From Takakia lepidozioides (Eukaryota > Plantae > Bryophyta): a stretch of DNA of 64,000 nucleotides. This document shows positions 35,372 through 50,400 of this stretch, one piece after another. The first letter of the stretch is position 1. Each line of letters opens with the position of its first letter. The position numbers and the translations under genes were made by a program. The notes under the pieces are model-generated. The model ran no database searches. It worked only from the letters and a program-made list of their open reading frames with translations, and had not been told where the DNA came from. The stretch lies in the NCBI GenBank assembly GCA_030704615.1, contig CM060734.1:10416001-10480000 (forward strand). Direction: 5' to 3'.

Positions 35372-36129
35372 ATTTGGATGCGGGTGTTGTTATTGTGTGT
35401 GAACGGAATTCATCCATTCCGTCGTCTCCGTATTATCCAAGTAATAAAGCGCTAGAAAAAAAGTACATCCGTTGCATGCACTAGCGATATATGTCAGATG
35501 TACTGCGCCGCCTGCCAATACACCGCGGCCTTCTTGCTTTCTTTCAAATTCGGATGTGCCGTAGAAATCTAATGCTAGTTCATTTTCGAGTAGTTCTTGC
35601 AGATCCGCAATAATTGTTATGCTTCAAATATGCATCCACGTGTGTTGTACTATCTACCCTGTGGTTTGCATTTTACCATAACCGTCAACATGGGGTCATT
35701 CGGCATAAAGGGTTCTGTCGGATACGACCATGTCTGGTAGGCATTCGTGCGAGGTATCTTCTGCAGTGTCAGTGTTTCTGCTGTGCTCTTCTGGCACAGC
35801 ACAACCTCATGACATTTGTGGTCTTCCTGTTTACTGCTCTCCAGGGTTGTTGCCGTCTTTTCATAATGGATGGTTTCATGTCGTTTTCAGTGTTTGATTT
35901 CATCCATAAACAGCACGGCTTCTTATAGTATTTGAAAACAGTTTTTCTGGTTAGTGCCTCTTAGCGTTGCTGTTTCCGAAGTGAAGGTGCATCTCATCCC
36001 TACATCCTTTGCATGCATCACCCGCAACCTTTGGGTTGGAGCTACCCTTGTTGACCTCAGTTTGCTTGTCTTAATTCCCCTTTCGGTGATTGCGGGCTAT
36101 CAGTTCGAGGATTCCGCAACTTTCGTTCC

Positions 36130-39100
36130 GTGAGGGAAAACATGTCGAGGGAGCGAGATACACTTGCTCGATTCCATTCCAATGCAGGTACTCTTCCACT
36201 GACTGCCACTGCAGACGACGATGGATTTGCAGTTGTTCATGAGGATAAGCTGGTTACATTGTTCCCGCTGGAGTTGGGTTCTCTCCTTGTTCAAAAAGAG
36301 GTGTATGACGAGGATGTGAATTTGGATTCTGGGCACTTGGAGAAACCATTGGTTGGCAAGTGTGGAAGGAAGTGGAGAGTCCTTCCAGGCACATACCGTG
36401 TCCTTGGAAAAGAGAGAAGACAATCAGCAGGATCAGTCGTTACCCCTGGCACTGCAGCATCGGTCGTGCAACAGAAGGGCACAGTTCCTGTGAAACAAGA
36501 GGTGAGCACATCCACTACCTTCGTGACTCTTTCAGACTCGTCCTCGAGGATGTTTCTGAGATTCCTCCGCCAGTGCAGACTCCATCATTGGATGATGACG
36601 AATTGCAAGAGATAACGAGTGTCATTCCAAAATTGAAAGCCCTCGCAGGTGTGCCTGGGTGTAAGAGCGAGCTGCGTTTTGTTGATTGGGAGTCCCTTCC
36701 TGTGCAATGGGTTCAATACGTGCCAACACAGTTTGATGGGGACATCCTGTTTGAGCTCAACCCTCCCACCTCTTCCACTGGACTGGCTGGGCTTTTGCAG
36801 GGCATGGACAAGAAACATGACGGACATCCTTGGTGCAGGACAAAAACGTCGAACATCCATAACGACATTGGCTTGAAATTTCGGAGGTCGGTCTGCGTTG
36901 GGCATTGTAAGTGCCAGAACATTTCTTGCCCTCGGCTGAGAAACAGCGCTCAACCAAACAAAAGTGAGTGGGAAGGTGTGTCCCTGAATCCTTTCACCCC
37001 AGGGCTTGCCCCTCCCAGGACCAATACTTTTGTGTGCAGGTTCTGCAAACTTTCCCCGTCCTGTGTTTCTGTGTGCCACGCTCGTATGTATCAGGTGGCA
37101 CACTAATGCAAGACAATGACTCGTGCCTGCATTCATATGGGTGCACACGAGCATCCTGTGTCCAAAGGAAGTTGCAGGGATAGCGTGGACATCGCTAGAA
37201 ATTTGCTGAAGCAGGAGTTCCACAATGCCCCTTGTGCAACACCTTCTGCTATAGCGCTTGCAGCTAGCAAGGCATTCCTGGAGAAACACATACTGGGTGA
37301 AGGGGATGCGACACAACTTATGCTGGATGCAGATTCGCTTAATGCAGTCATGGACCATTTCTCCGTGTTGAGCTCTCCCAATATTCAAAACCAGGTGAAT
37401 GCACTCAGAATGGGCACAGGCACTGCTGGATTCATGGACAACATTATGGACCTAAACGGAGGAGTCGCTATGAATTCATTCAAAACAGTATCTTCCCTGG
37501 CCAGGGCTCGTCCAAGGTGTATTTGTTCAAGATGTCCGCTGTGGGCGAAGGCAGTGGTGTGAGCATTGTCCGCCGTATGCAACCAGGAGGAGATTTTGGC
37601 TAAATGTTGGTTAATGTTTGATCACTGCAAACGGGTGAAGGGTTGGACAACCATGGCATGCCATGTGTATGATCCGGCGTACCAGCGTGTGCTCTCCATA
37701 GCAATTTGTGATATGCAGTCGGAAGACACTGAATCCCAGATGCTCATGTGGAATTCGCTCTTGGCCGTCATGCAGCGCAATGGAATACAAAACACAAATT
37801 TTGCGGGCTTCATGGCTGATAGTGCACAGGCAAATTTCAATGCAGTGCGACGCGTGTTTGGTTCGGGGGATCCTAAGGTCCCAATGGAAAATAGGAGCGC
37901 ACATGCCTCTTCCATTGGACTCAATCTCTGGCACGTCATACAAAGCGCTGCATTCGCCCTGACCTGCAGTTGGAGCACAGAAGGCTCTGTCTCAAGTACA
38001 AGAATGCCACCTCAATGGGAGAAGCTGAGAGCACTTACCAAGCAATCCGGGCTTGGTGGTTCTCCTCTGGTGCTGCAACAGGTACCCACGTAAAAGAGTT
38101 GGAGGACTGGTTGGTTTTCTGGCACTTCAGGTACAGACAGTGGGGAGCTTTCATGACGACGGTAAGCCTCTTCAATCCCAAAAACAAAATTTTGCATCGT
38201 GCCTGTTCATTTGGGGTTCTTCGATTGTCACTTGAAGAACCTCTACCATTTGTTTTTGTTCCTCACATATCCATGCAATGCCTCCTGCAGGACATGTCCT
38301 TGGAGGACTTGGCCGACATGCCATCCTATAATTTGGCGGAGACTGTTCACAACGCCTGGATGCAGCAGTCTACCAAAGCAGGTCGTGACTTATATGTGGC
38401 CACTGCTGATGACATGGTGCGTGCACTTACACAACAAACCAGGTACCACAATTTTCTGATGGGACGGGGTGGAGGCAAGGGCCCTGATACGACTTTGTTG
38501 ATGCTAAGGGCTGCGAGTAGGTCCGGAGTCCCGTCAAAGATGGCCAGAGCTCTAAACAGATGCACTGAAGGGTCCCCTCTACAATCCAGGCTCCCCCATT
38601 TGGAAGGCGAGGAAAGATTTGGATCATGCAAAAGGAAATTGAACACTCTTCCAAGGTCAGATGGAGATTCCCATCAGCCAGACAGGGTCAATTTCTCTGT
38701 GCCAAAGGTGTCTCCACTGCAGACTGAGTCGTGTGCCCGCCCCTTCCCAGGTGGGTCCTCCTCCAGTGGAGCAGGTGCAGAACATACAAGCACAGCAGCG
38801 GGAATCCCATTGGAGGAGGTGGTGGCCATGGTGCAGGAATCCGATTGCATTGATAGTGAGTGGCATATAGAACGCACCCCACCAGGATCTAGAGTGGCTT
38901 GCATGGCAATTCGGACCCCCTCATTCAAGAAATGCAAATCAAAGATATGCAAAGGCTCCAGGGGGACTCCAGCTCCAACATTCATAGGGTTGTTCCGATC
39001 TTATCATAGTGGGGAGTCAAAGGACCACAAATTTTGGTTCTGCCCAGATGATATGGCACGATGCGTGAAGGGAACAGTTCGTCCTTCGGTGATAATGAAA

Positions 39101-39703
39101 CCCCCTCCCCCCGCAATTTGGCCTGTGCAAATTGGGACGTCGCTGTCATCAACCGAGATAAGCATGCTGGAGGAGGGAGGGTTCTGTCTTGCACGGTCCC
39201 GGGTGGTGCCCTCATGCACTGTCGGCACAGATGTGCCACATGCTCCGGCAATGCCGCCACCCGGTGCCGACTCCCACCCAACAAAAAGAGATGGAAAAAC
39301 AGTGCGCCGTTTCGCTTCGGGTGCAGATCACGAATGCAAGATGGAATCTGCTAGAATTTTGCAGGCTCGGGTGTCTCGTATCACCGAAGTCCCTTCTCCG
39401 GGGTATGGACGGATTTACACAGTGCTGTCAATTGGGTCAGTTCTTCATGGCAAAGAATATCAGGTTACCGTCGGGAATTCCCCTCCGTGCACTTGTTCGG
39501 ACTTTGTAACGATGCGTGAGGGCGCTCTCGGCATGAGAGGGAAGTGGGTCCCCTGCAAGCATCAATATTACATATATCTTGTGATTATGTGTTGCGACGG
39601 TAAGAGAGACCAATTCATCCACCAAGCCACACTAGGCTATGGAGAAGTGAACACCCTTCTACAGCGGGACACCTCGCGTGGAGCTCCGCCAACTTCTCTT
39701 TGA
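36130..39703 (+). pseudogene. Second MULE-like DDE transposase with SWIM finger, frameshifted
   Basis: WLMFDHCKRV, GFMADSAQAN, CLFHW (alternative frame), NLAETVHN; SWIM CTCSDF...CKHQYY; N-terminal Cys-rich region; split over five ORFs. Confidence 0.75.
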
Positions 39704-40120
39704 ACACATACGAGCCATGCCCGCTTCCCATGCTGGTTTGCAGGTTGCCGTGTGAAGACTTTGCATTTCTGACAAACATATGGATTTCGTTTACAGAACC
39801 AGGGCAAATGCACATGCAATTCATTGTAAGCGTCTATCTGTGAATTGAAATAAACTGTGACAATCATTCTGAGCTCAAATCTGCCATGTTTTCATATTTC
39901 TGTTTTTGAGCGGGCATTGCAGACATGGTGTGTGTTGGCCCCCTTTGTTTTGTCCACGGTAATAGGCCCTCTTCCTGCAATCCTCGCCTATAGGACCTTC
40001 TTCTCCAGCAGATTCGTGCCGCTCACGCTTCCCTAAAGCGTGAGCTCAGCTCACGCTTTGTAGCTTGAACGTGAGCTCAGCTCCCAGGCTCACGGGGCTG
40101 GGCTCACGCCGTAGCTACGC

Positions 40121-40780
40121 TCGTCTTAATCCACCATCTTTCTTCTTTCTGAACATGACTGGAGCGCCCCAAGGGGACTTGCTAGCCCGAATATACCCTT
40201 TCTCAAGCAAGTCACTCAATTGTTTTTCAAGCGAGCTTCAGTTTCTACAATTGAGTGTCGATAGAGCGCCCGTGCAAATGGTACTGAATCAGCCACCAAC
40301 TTGATGGCATGATCAATATCACGTACAGGAGGCATCCCATGGATTTCCTCCGGAAACATATCCCTATAATCATTCAGAATTGCTTCTATTCTGACATGTA
40401 CTCATGTACTTTCAGTACCTGACTCAGGTAGACTTTCATGCACACTCAGGACAAAAATCTGACCATTTCCCTTACGCGCACACATTTTCATCTGAACTGC
40501 AAACATCAAGGGAACATTGGGGAGAGCTCGAGTACCTTTCAACTCGAAAGATTTTCCAGAGGGTAAGGTACCGCTCACTAACCCACGCTTGCAAGCCACC
40601 ACTGCATCTACAGTATCGAGCCATTGCATCCCCAGAATGCAGTCGTAGCAGGCGCCATTCCAAACTTCAAAATCTGCCTTCGTGTGCTCCGCTTGCATAA
40701 CAACTGGCACAACTGAAAGATTCGCAGCAACAGGGGGGCTGGCCGCGCTGGTGCGCGCAGGCACCGCAGCCCACATGGGT
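40121..40780 (-). pseudogene. Fragment of a third Ty3/Gypsy element (protease to start of RT)
   Basis: YDCILGMQWL; downstream translation PPVRDIDHAIKL...[29 protein letters not shown]. Confidence 0.8.
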
Positions 40781-41568
40781 TTTTTTTTTTTTAAATTTGG
40801 GTAATGCAGGCACCCTCTCTCTCTCCCTCACCACCACTGGATCCTTCCATGTATTTGTCATCATTCACCCTATACATGCCCCTCCCGATTATGCCCGGAT
40901 ATCCTACTTGTCCAAGGCTTACCCATCAATGCCCCCCTACCCACTTCCCCTTCCCCGGAACTCACCATTCACTTCGTTGAATTCACATACTGTCATGACC
41001 GATACCCAACCCCCTCCACCTTAGAGAAACGACAAAAATATGCCCCCCTTGTCCTCACTATCCGCTAGCGTGGTTGGCGCACCGGCCCCATATCAGTCAT
41101 CATAGCCGGTACTAGAGGTGGTATTCATACCGTTAGTATAAACGCGTTACACGATAATCTTAAAATCCCTATCCCCCCGATCCACAAATGCTTTAAAACC
41201 ATTCACTTCACTGCACTTCGCTCCCTAACAGCTATCATAACCAATAAGAGGCAACTCGATTCCAATCCCTCTGCGCTACCCCAGGGTACCCTAGGTACCG
41301 CTATCCTATCTACTACTTCCCCCTCGTTACCTGTGTCCCCTGGACACATGTTTCTTTATAGGCCCCACCCCCGAAAGGGGGCAGTAGCCGTGAGGCGAAG
41401 TGACTCTTAGTTACGCCGGCTTCGGCTGGAGTCTTCTCTCTAAATTATGGTGTCTCTTAATAACAGAAAATGATGTGACCGCCACTTGGCGGTCGCTGCT
41501 TTTTGTTAGTTTTAAAAATGAAGCAACCTCTTCATTTTGTTATTTTATTTTCTATGGAATTCTCAGGT

Positions 41569-41610
<42 letters not shown>

Positions 41611-41639
41611 GGTGGCACAATACTTAAGTTCTTGGACTA

Positions 41640-42300
41640 GAGAGTACATGAACATTCATAGTGTGGACTATGTTGTTGAGAACATACTATACAATAATTT
41701 TATATTCCAGAAAGAACCATTTTATTTTTTTCCATGAACTTATTGATTATTAGATATCCAATCATTGTCCGAGGAAAGCCCACTTCATGTGTGAAGAGTT
41801 GAAAAAAACACTTGAAAACAAAAAAATAAACTACCTTGCTTCGTATATTGAAATAACCAATTTATTTTTTTCCATTAATTTATTGAGTATTAGATATCCT
41901 ATCATTGTCCAAGGAAAACCCACTTCATGTGTGAAGAGTTGAAATAAATACTTGAAAACAAACGAATAAACTACCTTGCTTCATATATTGAGAAAACCAA
42001 TTTATTTTTTTCCATGAATTTATTTAGTAATATATCCATTCATTGTTACAGGAAAGCTATTTTCCGGGAATTTCCAGGGACCAAAAGTACTTGAAATTCC
42101 ATATCTCCCACCCCGCAGGTCCAAAAATCATGAGAATAAGCCGGTGCATCCCTACTATACCGATATCCAATCATTGTCTGAGGAAAACCCACTTCATGTG
42201 TAAAGAGTTGAAAAAAACACTTGAAAACAAACAAATTAACTATTGAAAAATTCAATTGAATTTTTCTATGAATTTATTTAGTAATATATCCGATCATTGT
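41640..42300. repeat. AT-rich degenerate tandem repeats (~140-bp units)
   Basis: Recurrent atcattgtccgaggaaa.cccacttcatgtgtgaagagttgaaa. Confidence 0.65.
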
Positions 42301-42350
42301 TCCAAGAAGGCCCACTATTTTTCACCAATTTCCAGCGTCCATGTGTGAAC

Positions 42351-42788
42351 CAGTGTTGTACCAATATTGGTATTTGGACATACCAGACTAGTACTGGTAG
42401 TGAATTATGGACTAATTTTGAGACATGGCAGGCACTGGTATTACATTAATTTAACAATTCTAGATACTGGACTCGTATAAGTAAAAGGAATTGAGTATAT
42501 TTTATGGTCTGGTAGGTCAAGGTATGGTCTGAAGGTCAAATCTTTTTCTCAGGTTATTGAATATTTTCTTCAATCTACCAAATATTTCATATACATACCC
42601 GGGCAATATTCATATATTCCCCCCCATATGAGATGGAAAAAAACAAATATTGATGCCCTACTAATATACATCCACACTTTTATGTTATATACCCCTCATA
42701 TACCCTACCGGGCCCCCCTTACCCCAATACCAGGACCATACCAGTATTGGGACTGGTATCGTATTTTCGTGATACCAGTCCAACACTG
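42351..42788. mobile_element. hAT-type MITE (438 bp)
   Basis: CAGTGTTG...CAACACTG termini with a perfect 8-bp TSD gtgtgaac (42343-42350 / 42789-42796). Confidence 0.88.
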
Positions 42789-43309
42789 GTGTGAACACTT
42801 GATTTTGCACCTAGGCTCTTGGACTATATAGTACGTGATCAGTCATAGTGTGGACTATGTCGTTGAGCACATACTATACAGTCATCTTATATTCCAGAAA
42901 GAACCAAGTATTTTATTTATTTATTTATTATTTATTTTGCAGATGTAACCGTATAACAGAGCAAATCATTGTCCGAGGAAAGCCCACTTTATTATATTTT
43001 GGACAGAATCATCCTCATCTGTACTTTCATCCATGTATATCATCCATATTAGACGAATTAATCATCCAAGATTTATATATTTTTGGAGAGGTTTGGCGAT
43101 TTCATCCATGAGAAAATAGGAAATTTACGACAGAATCTTTGATTTTTTTCTAAGAGGTCGAAAAAGTGCGAAATTTCGCCAGAAATATAAACACTAGGTC
43201 GCACTATGACGTCCGCAGTGTCATTTTCAAAGCGACGGAAACAACTTGATTAATAGGGCCTCTGTCCCATTTCTCTTTTAAAATAAAATAAAAAACGGAA
43301 ACAAGAGTG

Positions 43310-43779
43310 ACCGTGCGACACCTCGGGCATCACAGTTATGGACTTCGCCAAAATGGCAAGCGTCGTTCCCATTGCGACGTCCGTGGCGTTGCAGTAAATC
43401 TGCGACGTTTTTCTTTTTTCTTTTCCCCAGACTGACCCTGCGACGCTTTTCGGCGTCGCAAAAATGGACTTGGCAAAAATGGCATCGCGCTGCGACACCC
43501 GAGTCGTCGTTTTCCAAGTGACGGCAGCGGCGTCGCCATAAAACAACAACGCTTTTGCCCTCCAAGAGTAAACCTGCGACGCTGGCCAGGCGTCGCAACT
43601 AGGGACTTGGCCAAATTGGTAGTCCCTCTGCCGCCTTGCGACGCTCTGGGCGTCACAAAAAATTTCTGCGACGCTCCGGACGTCGCAAAAACCGCCGTGG
43701 CCGTTGCGTCACATGGAAAATGGGGCTCGGGGGGTTGGGCGTCGCTAAACCCCCCCCCCCCCCCCCTTTTGCAGTAGTG
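43310..43779. mobile_element. One terminus of a CACTA (EnSpm) element
   Basis: Ends in gcagTAGTG (reverse complement CACTActgc) with many tgcgacgc subterminal repeats in both orientations; no matching second TIR found. Confidence 0.6.
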
Positions 43780-43919
43780 ATTGTGTGTGATACTTAGACT
43801 GTGCTCCCAGTGCCCCCTCTCTCTTCCCTCTCTATCCCCTCTTCACTTCTCGGGTGTTACTGTTGATATACCACTCTCCAGAGCCAAATTATATCTCTGT
43901 TCCACTTCTCACTAACTTG

Positions 43920-44419
43920 NNNNNNNNNNNNNNNNNNNNNNNNNNNNNNNNNNNNNNNNNNNNNNNNNNNNNNNNNNNNNNNNNNNNNNNNNNNNNNNNN
44001 NNNNNNNNNNNNNNNNNNNNNNNNNNNNNNNNNNNNNNNNNNNNNNNNNNNNNNNNNNNNNNNNNNNNNNNNNNNNNNNNNNNNNNNNNNNNNNNNNNNN
44101 NNNNNNNNNNNNNNNNNNNNNNNNNNNNNNNNNNNNNNNNNNNNNNNNNNNNNNNNNNNNNNNNNNNNNNNNNNNNNNNNNNNNNNNNNNNNNNNNNNNN
44201 NNNNNNNNNNNNNNNNNNNNNNNNNNNNNNNNNNNNNNNNNNNNNNNNNNNNNNNNNNNNNNNNNNNNNNNNNNNNNNNNNNNNNNNNNNNNNNNNNNNN
44301 NNNNNNNNNNNNNNNNNNNNNNNNNNNNNNNNNNNNNNNNNNNNNNNNNNNNNNNNNNNNNNNNNNNNNNNNNNNNNNNNNNNNNNNNNNNNNNNNNNNN
44401 NNNNNNNNNNNNNNNNNNN
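43920..44419. other. Assembly gap (500 N)
   Basis: Run of n. Confidence 1.
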
Positions 44420-47400
44420 TGTAAGAGCTGATTTGTCGTTAATTCTTACAGTGACCTTGTCGGTATTTGTCCATGTGCGACAAAGACATAAGTATCGTGT
44501 CCTCTCGAATTTAGACCCGTGTACTTGGTGGTTCTTGTACACCTTATCAACCAATCTCCTTCTTGTTTTCGTTTTTATGTTTGATTTACTAAACACCTTG
44601 GTCGTAGCATTTGACAAAGGTTATCAATAGTTCCTGATTTGACGTGAGGAAACCAGGCAATGGAAGGCCAAAGCCATGAGATATCAGGCCTGCCTCTCCC
44701 GCCATGACATGGTGCGGAGGCAAGCCACGTCCTTCATAGGTAAGATCTTCTCCAAGCAAAAATTGTTGGCTAATTGGCATGGAGAGTAAGGCATCCTTGA
44801 AGGTACCTGAGATCAGCATCGAAATCTTAGGGCTTCTGAATGCATGATGTTTGAGCTCGGCCCTTTGAAGACAAACCTGCGGGAGTAGACGTGTACACCG
44901 TATACATGATCCGGTACAGTGCACATTTACTCTTGTTTGCCGGTCCCATGTAGCGATGCCTTATGTCAGATTAGATACCTTATGATACGAATGAGTTCCA
45001 TTTCTTTGGTCAAATGTTTCTATGTTTCTCCTGGTTTATGGCTTTGCTCTTTATAGCACCAGAAGAAATACCCAATTCTGATATGCTGCTGGTAGATGTT
45101 TTGTCGGAATACCGGGTGGTAAACCCCTGCCAGACTTCATTACCTAAGTCCCAATACCTGCCCCTTTGGTTTTGTACACATGTTTTACCCAAAACAAGGG
45201 GTGGGTAAACACTAAAAGTCCGATATAAGATTCTTCCTGATTGTTACTTTATGACCTTGGGAATTGAGGGGTTGGTTCTTTCAGGCTCTTCTTCCGGTCA
45301 CCAGAGCTTATATATAAACTAAAAGGTAAAACTCTACATTTTGATGTATGTGTTGATGTACCTTCGTTTGTCACAACTTGCCAACTTGGAACATGCCAAT
45401 GGCAGAAAATTCATTACCTAACCTACCCCCATTGGTTTGTACACATGTGGTACCCAAAATATGGGCTAGGTAAACACTAAAGGGTTGATAAAAGGTTCTT
45501 CATGTTTGTTGCTTCATGAATTTCGGAGTTAAGGTCCTTCATTGGCCCCATCTTTCCATTATCAGAGCTTATGTGTAGCTAAAAGGTAAAACTCTACATT
45601 TTGATGTAAGTGTTGATGTACCTTTGCTTGTCACGGCTTGTTTTGTTTGTTGACCTTGGAGAGTTGAGATTGTAGGCATGTTTATTTCTATGGTTCCTTT
45701 GTGACGAGAAGTAAAAGCTACAAAGAAGAGGGAGGTCATTTATGTGATGGGGTCTGGTATGCACTCCCTTACGGGGTGAGTGCATACCACACTCACTCCA
45801 TAAGGAGCTGCCATACCAGGGGATGGTCGGTGGTTCCCTCTCTCTCCATCTCTCTCCCTCCCTCCATGGATCTGGCTGGTTCTCTTAAAACTTGATAGTT
45901 TAAGACCAGTGGTATGTTACCTGACCCCTAATTAACCTTCTTGGAATTTGGTTATTTCGGTTATTTACAGTACCCGGATTTTTGGTATAAGGTCAGGATC
46001 TAATGGAGCCATCCCATTATTTATTTTTTCATCCATAAATGATGTCATCCTCAGAGGATGACACGGATGAAAAATTGAGAGACAATTTCATCCAACGCGG
46101 ATGAAATCACGATAGATTTCATCCTGCGCGGTAGAGTTCATCCCGTGTGATGGATTTCATCCCGAATGGATGAAATCGTGGGAAACACGGGATGATGAAA
46201 TCGCGCTTCATCTCTTCCCTGCCCTAACCCTCTGCACGACGATCGTGCTTAAGGGATGGCTGGAGCTGAGAGGTGGTGGCGGGGGGCGCATGGAGCTCGA
46301 TTCAAGCGCCCTTGAATGCCATGGAGCTGCGCCATTAAGACCATTTAGGTGTTCTGGCAAGATTCAGTACCTTCTTCCCTCTTGGGGTGCGCAATGGCGG
46401 CAGTACCTGCAATTTCCCTGTGGCGGTTGTCTCTGATGCTTGGCGGGCGATCTACCTGTGCTGCGGTTGCTTGCTGTGACCTTCATTGATCATTAAGATA
46501 CAAGCGCGATCTCAAGGCCTCGGGGAAGTGTCTGAACTCTTTTAAGTTGGGCGATTCACTTTCTTGTGCATGCTTTGGTACATTTTGTTGTGCATTCTGT
46601 TTGCTGGTCTTGAGAGCTATGGCGCAGGCCTTGCTCTTATTTTGTTCTTAAGCCTTCTATGATCATAAATGGCTTCTTTAAGACAAACAGACATTTCCAG
46701 CCATGAACAGTGATCGATGGATCTTTATTTGGACATGGATACTTACTGCTCAGTCACTTTGGTATGTCAATGATACAAAGAACAAAAATATATGTTTTTG
46801 GGCCAACAATAAATTAGGATGGTTGGTTATGCCTTGGTATGTAAGCTGACCAAAAATACAGACTGAATGACATGGCATGTCATGAATGGCACTTTTAGCA
46901 TGCTGAACAATGGGTTCCTGCTATGAACAGTGGTAATTGAGTCTAATTTTTCCCACCCCCCACCCAGAGACTTCATTGACTTTGAAGTATGGGATTTGTC
47001 ATAAAGCTGACTTGTGAATGAAGAATGGTTGATAATGCCTTGTAATGAGGCTGATTTGTCGTTAATCTTACAGTGACCTTGTCAGGTCTTTGTCCATGTC
47101 TCGACAAGACATAAGTATCTTCCCTCTCTGATTTAGACCAGTGTACTTGGGGTTCTTGTACACATTATCAACCAATCTCCCTTCTGTTTTCAGTTTTATG
47201 TTTGATTTACTAAACACCTTGGTCTGAGCATGACAAAAGGTTATCAAATATGTTCCTGATTGAAGTGATGAACCCAAGGCAATGGGAAGGCCAAAGCCAT
47301 GAGATATCAGCCTCCTCTCCCGCCATGACCATGGTGCGGAGCAAGCAAGTCCTTCATAAGGTAAGATCTTCTCCAGCAAAAATATGTTGGGGTACATGAG

Positions 47401-50400
47401 ATAAGCATAGAACATCTATAGGGCTTCTGAATGCTGAAGTTTTGAGCTAGGCCTTGGTAAGACAACCTGCTGGAGTAGACGTGTACACCTTATACATGAT
47501 CCGGTCAGTGCACATTACTCTTGTTGCCGGTCCCCTGTAGCCGATGCCTTATGTCAGATTTAGATACCTTATGATACGAATGAGTTCCTTTTCTTTGGCT
47601 CAAATGTTCTATGTTTCTCCTGGTTATGGCTTTGCTCTTATAGCACCATAAGAAATACCCAATTCTGATATGCTGCTGGTAGATGTTTTGTCCGAATACC
47701 AGGTGGTAAACCCCTGCCAGACTTCATTACCTAAGTCCCAATACCTGCCCCCTTTGGTTTTGTACACATGTTTTACCCAAAACAAGGGGTGGGTAAACAC
47801 TAAAAGTCCGATATAAGATTCTTTCCTGATTGTTACTTTATGACCTTGGGAATTGAGGGTTCTTTCACTGGCCTTTCTTCCGGTCACCAGAGCTTATATA
47901 TAAACTAAAAGGTAAAACTCTACATTTTGATGTATGTGTTGATGTACCTTCGTTTGTCACAACTTGCCAACTTGGAACATGCCAATGGCAGAAAATTCAT
48001 TACCTAAACCTACACCCATTGGTTTTGTACACATGTGTACCCAAAAATATGGGCTAGGTAAAACACTAAAGGGTTGATAAAAGTTTCTTTCATGTTTGTT
48101 GCTTCATGAATTTCGGAGTTAAGGTCCCTTCATTGGCCCCATCTTTCCATTATCAGAGCTTATGTGTAGCTAAAAGGTAAAACTCTACATTTTGATGTAA
48201 GTGTTGATGTACCTTTGCTTGTCACGGCTTGTTTTGTTTGTTGACCTTGGAGAGTTGAGATTGTAGGCATGTTTATTTCTATGGTTCCTTTGTGACGAGA
48301 AGTAAAAGGCTACAAAGAAGAGGGAGGTCATTTATGTGTTGTGGTTCTGTATGCACTCCCTTCACGGGGTGATTGCATACCACACTCACTCCATAAGAGC
48401 TGCCATACCAGGGGATGGTCGGTGGGTTCCCTCTCTCTCCATCTCTCTCCCCTCCCTCCATGGATCTGGCGGTTCTCTTAAAACTTGATAGTTTAAGACC
48501 GTGGTATGTTACCTGACCCCTAATTAACCTTCTTGGATTTGGTTAATTTCGGTTATTTACATACCCGGATTTTTGGTATAAGGTCAGATCCTAGGAGCCA
48601 TCCCATTATAGTTTTTTCATCCATAATGATGTCATCCTCAGGATGACACGGATGAAAAATTGAGAGACAATTTCATCAACGCGGATGAAATCACGATAGA
48701 TTTCATCCTGCGCGGTAGAGTTCATCCCGTGTTATGGATTTCATCCCGAATGTTAAATCGTGGGAAATCACGTGGATGAAATCGCGGAAATCGCGCTTCA
48801 TCTCTTTCCCTGCCTAACCCTCTGCACGACGATCGGGCTTAAGGGATGGCTGGAGCGAGAGGTGGTGGCGGGGGCGCATGGAGCTCGATTCAGCGCCCTT
48901 GAATGTCCATGGAGCTGCGCGCATTAAGACATTTAGGTGTTCTGGGCAAGATTCAGTAACCTTTCTTCCCCTCTTGGGGTGCGCATTGCGGGCAGTACCT
49001 GCAATTTCCCTGTGGCGGTTGTCTCACTGATGCTTGGCGGGGCGATCTACCTGTGCTGCGTTTGCCTTGCTGTACCTTCATTGATCATTAGAACAAGCGG
49101 CGATCTCAAATGCCCCTCGGGGAAGTGTCTGAACTCTTTTAAGTTTGGGCGATTCACTTTCTTTGTGCATGCTTTGTACATTTTGTTGTGTCATTCTTGT
49201 TTGCTGGTCTTGAGAGCTATGGCGCAGGCCTTGCTCTTATTTTGTTCTTAACCTTCTAATGATCATAATGGCTTCTTTAAGACAAACAGACATTTTCCAG
49301 CCATGAACATTGATCGATGGATCTTTAGTTTGGACATGGATACTTACAACTGCTCAGTCACTTGTTAGTCCAATGATACAAAGAACCCAAAACTATACTA
49401 GTTTTTGGGCCAACAATAAATTAGGATGGTTGGTTATGCCTTGGTATGTAGCTGTGACCAAAAATACAGACTGAATGACATGGCATGTCATGAATGGCAC
49501 TTTTAGCATGCTGAACAATGTTTCCTGCTATGAACCGTGGTATTGAGTCTCTAATTTTTCCCACCCCCCCCCCACCCAGGGACTTCATTGACTTTGAAGT
49601 CTGGGATTGTCATAAAGCTGACTTGTGAATGAAGAATGGTTGATAATGCCTTGTTATGAGGCTGATTTGTCGTTATTTTACAGTGACCTTGTCAGGTCTT
49701 TGTCCATGTCTCGACAGACATAAGTATCTTCCCTTCTGTTTTCAGTTTTATGTTTATTTACTTACCACCTTGGTCTGAGCATGACAAAAGGTTATCAAAT
49801 ATGTCCTGATTGAAGTGATTAACCCAAGGCAATGGGAAGGCCAAAGCCATGATATATCACAGCCTCCTCTCCGCCATGACCATGGTTCGGAGGGCAAGCA
49901 AGTCCTTCATAAGGTAAGCTCTTCTCCAGCAAAATATGTTGGCTAATTGGGCATGGATATAGGCATCCTTGAAGGTACCTGAGATAAGCATAGACCATCT
50001 ATAGGGCTTCTGAATCTGAAGTTTTGAGCTAGGCCTTGGTAGACAAACCTGCTGGAGTAGCGTGTACACCTTATACATGATCCCTGTCAGTGCACATTAC
50101 TCTTGTTGCCGGTCCCCCCCTGTAGCCGATGCCTTATGTCAGATTAGATACCTTATGAGCCGAATGAGTTCCTTTTCTTTTGCTCAAATGTTTCTAGTTT
50201 CTCCTGGTTATGGCTTTGCTCTTTATAGCACCATAAGAAATACCCAATTCTGATATGCTGCTGGTAATGTTTTTGTCCGAATACCCGGTGGTAAACCCCC
50301 TGCCAGACTTCATTACCTAAGTCCCAATACCTGCCCCCCCTTTTGGTTTTGTACACCTTGTTTTAACCCAAAACAAGGGGTGGGTAACACTAAAAGTCCG

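Noticed and set aside
43192-43206. CACTA motifs as the left TIR of the element ending at 43779
   Set aside because: The sequence after CACTA does not match the right TIR and there is no 3-bp TSD support.
43854-44630. Long ORFs of 258 and 242 aa
   Set aside because: Artefacts of translating through the N gap.
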